A stretch of DNA of 64,000 nt from Chrysomallon squamiferum (Eukaryota > Animalia > Mollusca): the NCBI GenBank assembly GCA_012295275.1, contig CM022670.1:10912001-10976000 (forward strand). The letters run 5' to 3'. Below are positions 57,693 to 64,000 of this stretch, in pieces (position 1 is the first letter of the stretch; every line of letters begins with the position of its first letter). The notes under the pieces are model-generated. The model was not told the origin of the DNA. It did no database searches and worked only from the letters and a program-made list of their open reading frames with translations. Made by a program: the position numbers and the translations under genes.

Positions 57693-59714
57693 AAAAAAAA
57701 ATGTACCAGCGATGTATTAGCGTCGTCGTAAATTTCTTTCTCAGACGGTCTCGTTTTCAAGTCCGTTGTATATATCACTTTGCTTTCAGACCTATTTTAA
57801 ATTCAAGGAAAAAACCTTTATAATTAGTTTGTATCGAGCAGTTGGTTATCTGTGTCTACGCTGTTTATGCTTTTATTTAATACTTTTCATTTAGCTTGCA
57901 TTTGAGCTCTCAGTGACTCGGCTTCTAAATAACTATGATTAATAAACCGTATTAACCTTTCCGACAGCTCATCTTGATTTATCGTTCTTTTTATTGCCCA
58001 AACACCAGCTAACGCAGTTTGTTATAACGCATAAACACCTCATCAGCAAATAGAACATGTATTTATCATTATATATTTATGTTATTATTATTATTTTTTT
58101 TTTTTTTTTTTCAGTACGCACGAGAACCCGCGACTAGTTTTGTACAAAACTGTGTGCTATTTCACAGATTCAGATCGAATTACCCATACGCACTGACCAG
58201 CGCCTTTAACTCAAGAGCCAAGCACAATCTGTTACAATTACCAGCTAGATAATGATGGCCCGTGTTTCATTTGATTGGAGCGTCAATCTGAGGGGCAATA
58301 CACACTATTTGCAGTCGTTTCATTACGGCTTCTATCAGAGCGATGTGCGTCGGCGACAGTATCTAGCCATTCGGGAAAACGAGTAATCAGCAAGAGAAAC
58401 TTTACACAGGCAGCGTTTCCTGTGAAAAACTGTTGTGGGCAACAAATGAAAGAAATGATTTGATAGAGGGCAATTGACCTGTGGTCGGTACGGAGAAGTA
58501 CATCCCCATTCCATTCGACTATGATTAAAATGTGTTTATTCCATTAAATCTGTCTATGTTTGTTTTTTGGGGGGGTTTTTGTGGGTTTTTTTTTTTTTAC
58601 ACAGGCTAAAAATCAGTCGTCTGAAATACATATTTTGTATAACAGAAATCTGAATTAAGTAAAAATTCGAATGTTCATTAAGATAGCTTTGTAGATAAGA
58701 AAGAAGAAAGAAATGTGTATGTCATAAGGCTTTCAGTTATTTTTGTGGCTCATTCTTTCTGATAAGACTAAACATAAATTAAAAAATAAAACAGAAAATA
58801 ACCAAAAATATCTGTTTCGAATATATAAATACAATAATCAGAAACACTTTATTATTCACATTCCTTTGATAAGCTCATATAACATTTGCTGAATATGGGA
58901 ATTTTCTGATGACAGCAGTTCTATCCACTGTTTTTAGGTGTTGTTTTCAACTGGATTACTCTGCATACCATTTACTTCCACTCAATTAAAGTTTTGTTTA
59001 TAATTCCGAGGATTCAGCCATCACACACCTTTTTAATTATATATTTTGGCTTCCAAACAACCATTCTAGTTGTCCATCACTCGAAACTGATCACCAGTTT
59101 CGGTTTCAGTTTTGTTCTGAGTTTATGAATTATAGAAATAAACTGTCTGTTTGTCCACATCTGGAACCATCAGAATGTACAGCTCTGAGAGTCTCCGGAC
59201 GGTTCATGTTGCCTGTTACCTTTTATTTACGACTTACGGATCAGTCATGGGCGTACGTGCGTGGAGTGTGGTCTGCTGTTCACGTCTCTCGTGTACTCTC
59301 AAGTTTAATCCGTTATCATTAAATTATATTTCTACAAAACTTACACACAATGGCGGACACGGCCTATGTGAACTAGAGCAAAAAATATTTTATTTAAATT
59401 TGTTCAGTTTATATAAATTATAAAAATAAAGTATATATACAAGGTCAATATTACAGTGCCGAATTGAAAATTCCCCCCTCCCCCAGCATGAATAGCTAAA
59501 AAAAGAATTACCTTTTGCCATCGTCAAACATTCTTTCAAGACCTGTTATTTTTAGAGTCATTCTTCCAGAATTCTGACCACTGTCATCTGCATCATCAGT
59601 TTTCACCTCAAAGTTTCATAACTTCTTTCACAACGGCTTTTAATGTCTTGTTTGCTACACATAGGAACTTCTGTCTTTAGAAAATGCTTCTTCACTTTAG
59701 TAAAAGACAAACTA

Positions 59715-59800
59715 AGTTTTACACACAGAAATAAGGTCTTTAACTCAGTGTTGAGTTTTACAAACAGAAATAAGGTCTTTAACTCACTGTTGAGTTTTCA
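59715..59800. repeat. 39-bp tandem duplication (about 2.2 copies)
   Basis: AGTTTTACA.ACAGAAATAAGGTCTTTAACTCA.TGTTG at 59715 and 59754; lies near a CAGTGGCGTCAC-type terminus (minus strand, 60081), so possibly within a degraded transposon. Confidence 0.85.
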
Positions 59801-60671
59801 CATCAAATGTTACTTCTGGTTATGATCAGTCACAAACGTTTTTACCCTTGGGTGTTTTTCTTTTCTTTTTTCAAATGACGTTTCATAGAGTGCAAAACCC
59901 TTGCACTCTAATATTAATTACTCTACGCAATCTGTATGCATGATGTACTATCTGCAAACAACATAATGACATTCGAATGATGCAGATGCAAGCAATACAA
60001 TGGACGTACACCCAAGAACAAACTATAAAAGCTATTAAGCCTTTTAAACTGCACGGACGCACCGACACCGTGACGCCACTGGCCTACGCCCTACCCCTTG
60101 CTTAAATGTCAAGTGACTTCAGATGTATAAGTGAACTGAAATGATTCTGTGTCATTCATTTTTTTTTTTTTTTTTACAACCACAGATATTATTATATTTC
60201 TCTCTAACAATAAAACAGCCAACGATCATCCAAAAACTGTTTCTAAATTACACAAGGCTTCATCGTTTGAAAAGATAATGGTTTTATGATACATGATGGA
60301 AAATCAAGCAAAAGCAAAACATATTTTTGCTTGACCAGATCGTATCAGTTGCATCGTATTTTAAAGAGCACATATGTCATCCTTTCAGTAGAAACTTTTT
60401 TTTTAATTGTTTCTTAAAATCATTCCTTTGCAATTATTGTTTAAGAAACATGGTGCATAGTCGTTTTTATACTTTAATTAGTAATGTTAGAAATGTTCGC
60501 GTATTTTAAAAGGTTTTCGAAGAAGAATAACAAAAACTTGCTTCAGTTTGGTTTTTGACGTGTTTAAATTTTTACTGATTATGTTGTTGCTTTTTTATTT
60601 TAATTTTAATTAAATTTTTGGAATCTTTTTGTTTTTGATTGTTTTTGTTTTTATGTTACTCTTTAATTACG

Positions 60672-60880
60672 AGCAGATAAATATATTTCTACTACTACTG
60701 CTGCTGCTGCTGCTGCTACTACTTCTACTGCTATTATTATTACTATTAGCAGATAAATATATTTCTACTAGTACTACTGTTACTACTACTACCACCAGTA
60801 CTGCTACTACTACTGTTACTAGTACTACTACCAATACTACTACTTTACTACTACTACTACTTCTGCTGCTACTGTCACTA
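60672..60880. repeat. (ACT/GCT)n trinucleotide region with duplicated anchor
   Basis: AGCAGATAAATATATTTCTACTA occurs at ~60672 and ~60748, each followed by trinucleotide repeats. Confidence 0.85.
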
Positions 60881-61307
60881 AATTAAATGTTTTCTGTGAC
60901 ACGTTTAATATTCGTAAGTAGTCAGGATACAGAAATAACAGATTCAGTAACTTTGGATGTGGTTAAAAAAATAATTTTTTCTTTCTGGGGGCGGGACATA
61001 ATTCTCAGAGAGAAAATTCTGGCACAGTAATTTATAGTTTCTTACTGATTTATATATACTTTTTGTGAGACTTAGAAACAAAACCATGGGAACGTACGGA
61101 CGACTTAACAACATATTGTTTACAAAGTGAGTAATTTGTTATTTAAATCAAAGTGAAAAACTCTCTGGCCGTGACGAAAACACACGAAATAATTTACATA
61201 TTACTGCAACATATTGATTTATCATTGTGGTTTTTTTTCGGTTTTTATTTATTTTTAAAATTTTTATAATTTTTGTTTAATTATTGGTATCCTGTTTTTT
61301 ATGCTCT

Positions 61308-61342
61308 ATCATGATGATCATCACCATCATCATGATCATCAC

Positions 61343-61373
<31 letters not shown>

Positions 61374-61560
61374 GTCATCGTCACCATCACCATCACCATC
61401 ATCATCATCTTCATCGATATTATTATTATTATTATGGCCCTCCTCGTTATCAATATCTTTATTACTGATGTTATCATCATCGTTATTGTTGTTGTTGTTG
61501 TTGTTACTGTTATTACTGTTATTACTGTGCTGTTGCTGTTATCACTATTACTGTTTATTA
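61308..61560. repeat. Degenerate (ATC/ATT/GTT)n trinucleotide region
   Basis: Directly visible; source of the poly-M/poly-I ORFs. Confidence 0.9.
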
Positions 61561-61786
61561 TTTCTAAGGTTACTGTCTTGGTAGGTTGTTTCAATTTTTT
61601 TTTTAGCGTGTAACAGTTAATGGTGCGTTTTTGAACGGTGACATTGCGAGTGAAATGTAGTGTGTTAGACATGCTAGGAGAGAATCGATTTTAGACGGTC
61701 AACTGTTACCCGTTGTTTATCATGGTGAAACCATTCACAGACAGGAAGTCAACTTGAGTTAACACTTTAATGCAAAATTATTAGAG

Positions 61787-61819
<33 letters not shown>

Positions 61820-64000
61820 AGAGAGAGACGAGAGAGAGGCTTTAAGAGATGTTTCTCTAATATAGCAGAGATTTATGAATAATTTAGAGCTGTCGTTTTA
61901 CGTTTTATTATTATCGTATTAGATATATTGTTTTTTTGTTAATGGTGGTCCTAGGGTGGCGAAGACTGCACAAAATCTTCTACAGTTTGTGTTATGCATA
62001 TATATGTGTGTTAATTAACTAAATCAAAGTGAAGAAGAATCTTTATTGTTCATGAACAAAAATACGTTAAAATATGAAGTAATTAATAATGTATGTATAA
62101 TAACAACAACTATGTATGCATGTATGTATGTATGTATGTATGTATGTATGTATGTATGTATGTATGTATGTATGTGTGTATATGTATATATATATATATA
62201 TATATGTATGTAGTTTAGGATTTTAAATATTCTCTGTCTTATGTTCGTCTGAATAGACTCTGCACATAGATAATATTCGGGAACACACTGGCGCAGAAGG
62301 ACAAAGTCCATATACGACTTCATAAACCCGTCAGATGCTGCTGACGAGACTCGAACGATGTTACTGTTCGGCCACCAAGACAACCTAATATATATGTATA
62401 TGTATATATGTATTTGTGTGTGTATGCATGTATGAATGTGTGTTCGCGCGGATGATAATGAATGTGTGTGCAAATACAACTTTTATACTTCTAATTTTCA
62501 GTTCAGTCATTGTCTTTGTGAGTAGATCATTTTTAATAGAAGAATTATATTTTTTTCTTCCACCATTTTTTTATTTCTTCTTTTTTTTTTTTTTTTTTCT
62601 TTTTGAAGACATGATAAACTCGAAAAACATATTTACTTCATCTGCGTTCGCCATTCACGAAGAAATTAATTCCGATTTTCTATTTTCTATCACGGTTTTC
62701 ATTTTGAGTAAAGGAAAGATTGGCCGTTAAGGCAATGATAGAGATGTCGCCCAATTTCCTTAACACTTCTGATGAACGGTGCTCCCTGTTGATGCATAAC
62801 AAATGTCAATATTACTGCTCCAGCAGTAACCAAGGTAGTTTTCCAGAGGAAGTTCATCTTCCTTCGGGTGTGCCAGATAATGGAAAGCTGTTCGCGAGGC
62901 CATTACATTGAGATATGGACCCAGCACCGGCTTTATTTTCGCCTAATTTTCCAAACATTGATGCACAAAAAGCTCGCCGGACTTCATCATATCCATATAT
63001 CTGAAAAACCAAAACTGTTATTACTTCATGCCAACAGGTTTCTGTTTGATCACAAAAAAAATAAAAAAATAAAAAACTCTCTCTCTGTGTGAGGTTAAGG
63101 CGATGATCATGTTTTTTCTCGGAATATTTTTTTTTTTTTTTTTGCATTAAAGATAAGCAGCCTACATTTCTTGTTAACAGCTGTCATGCGGTATGATTTA
63201 TGTTTTGAGATAATTTTTTTTTTTTTTTTTTTTTTTTTCTTAAGCTTGCTCTTTAAACGATATGAAATTATTTCGTGGTTTTGTTTTATAAATCTTGCTG
63301 GGAATAATATCGATTTATTTCTGATCGTTTAGTTGCGATTACGTTGTTGTTTTAATACATACTACATACTTTAATTACTAAATATAATGTTAATATAACT
63401 TTGGCATCATGTGTGTGTGGTGTGTATGTATGTGTGTGCGTGTTTATGTTTGTGTTTTTGCCTATGTATGTGTGCGTGTTTTTACCCATATTATTTAAAA
63501 ATTATTAATACAGGATACAAATCACCCACAATTTTTTTTAAAATATCTGATTCTATATCGTCCTGAAGAACATTATTTTCCAGCTCAGATAAGAAACTTT
63601 TTTTTTTAAAACAGCTCTCTGTATTCATTTCAGTTTAAACAACTCCACTCTTCTAACACGTCTTCGTCTGGGACATAAAAACAAGTTTGTCGAGCTCGCG
63701 TCTCGTACATCAGCTCAAGAGTGTTTCTCCTCGCCCAGAGAGAATCAGCAAACTTTGTTTTGTATAACCCGATATGCAAATCCTCTTGAGTTCTCCGCGA
63801 GATGCCTAGCAGGAAAAACCTGCGAGTTTTAAATTGTCTCTGCTGCTTTTAAAACACATTATGCCGCCATGTTGTTGTTTTTTTTTTTTTTTTAAAATTT
63901 TATCTTTTAATACGTAGTTCTCTTATTTCTGCCCATTAACAAAAAGTAATTCAAAACTGTCTGTAGTTTTTAATCGTATTACAGTTTATATCGCCATGTT

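Noticed and set aside
62330-62390. CTGACGAG as a hammerhead ribozyme core (also CTGATGA...GAAA near 29598)
   Set aside because: No GAAA at the first site and no convincing stems I-III at either; an Infernal search would settle it.
60629-62479. Long ORFs rich in L/T/I/M/H/Y (and similar ERER, CVCV, poly-K/F/N ORFs throughout)
   Set aside because: Translations of microsatellites and homopolymers.

Overview
AT-rich, microsatellite-dense, intron-containing animal genomic DNA (probably an invertebrate; the taxon cannot be fixed from sequence alone). Almost all ORFs in the supplied track are spurious low-complexity translations; real genes had to be rebuilt exon by exon from GT-AG boundaries and reading phase. 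Three multi-exon genes are supported: (1) an unrecognised ~240-aa minus-strand protein (ATG 5845) with a CUE-like N-terminus, an RS/SP-rich middle and a coiled-coil tail; (2) a complete 14-exon TAF5L on the plus strand (8353-14927, 587 aa), head-to-head with gene 1 and followed by a 75-bp tandem repeat; (3) a complete Cys-loop anion-channel subunit of the GlyR/GluCl-like clade on the minus strand (38698-22789, 389 aa, plus a probable upstream exon near 39.95 kb) whose agonist pocket and M2 differ from canonical glycine/glutamate receptors. Introns and the 40-64 kb intergenic stretch carry non-autonomous DNA transposons (a Tigger/pogo nested in a hAT-like element, several MITEs), decayed exon duplicates and small rearrangements. 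No rRNA, tRNA or CRISPR was seen, and I found no multi-gene novel system; the best leads are the orphan-ligand chloride channel and the orphan CUE-like gene.
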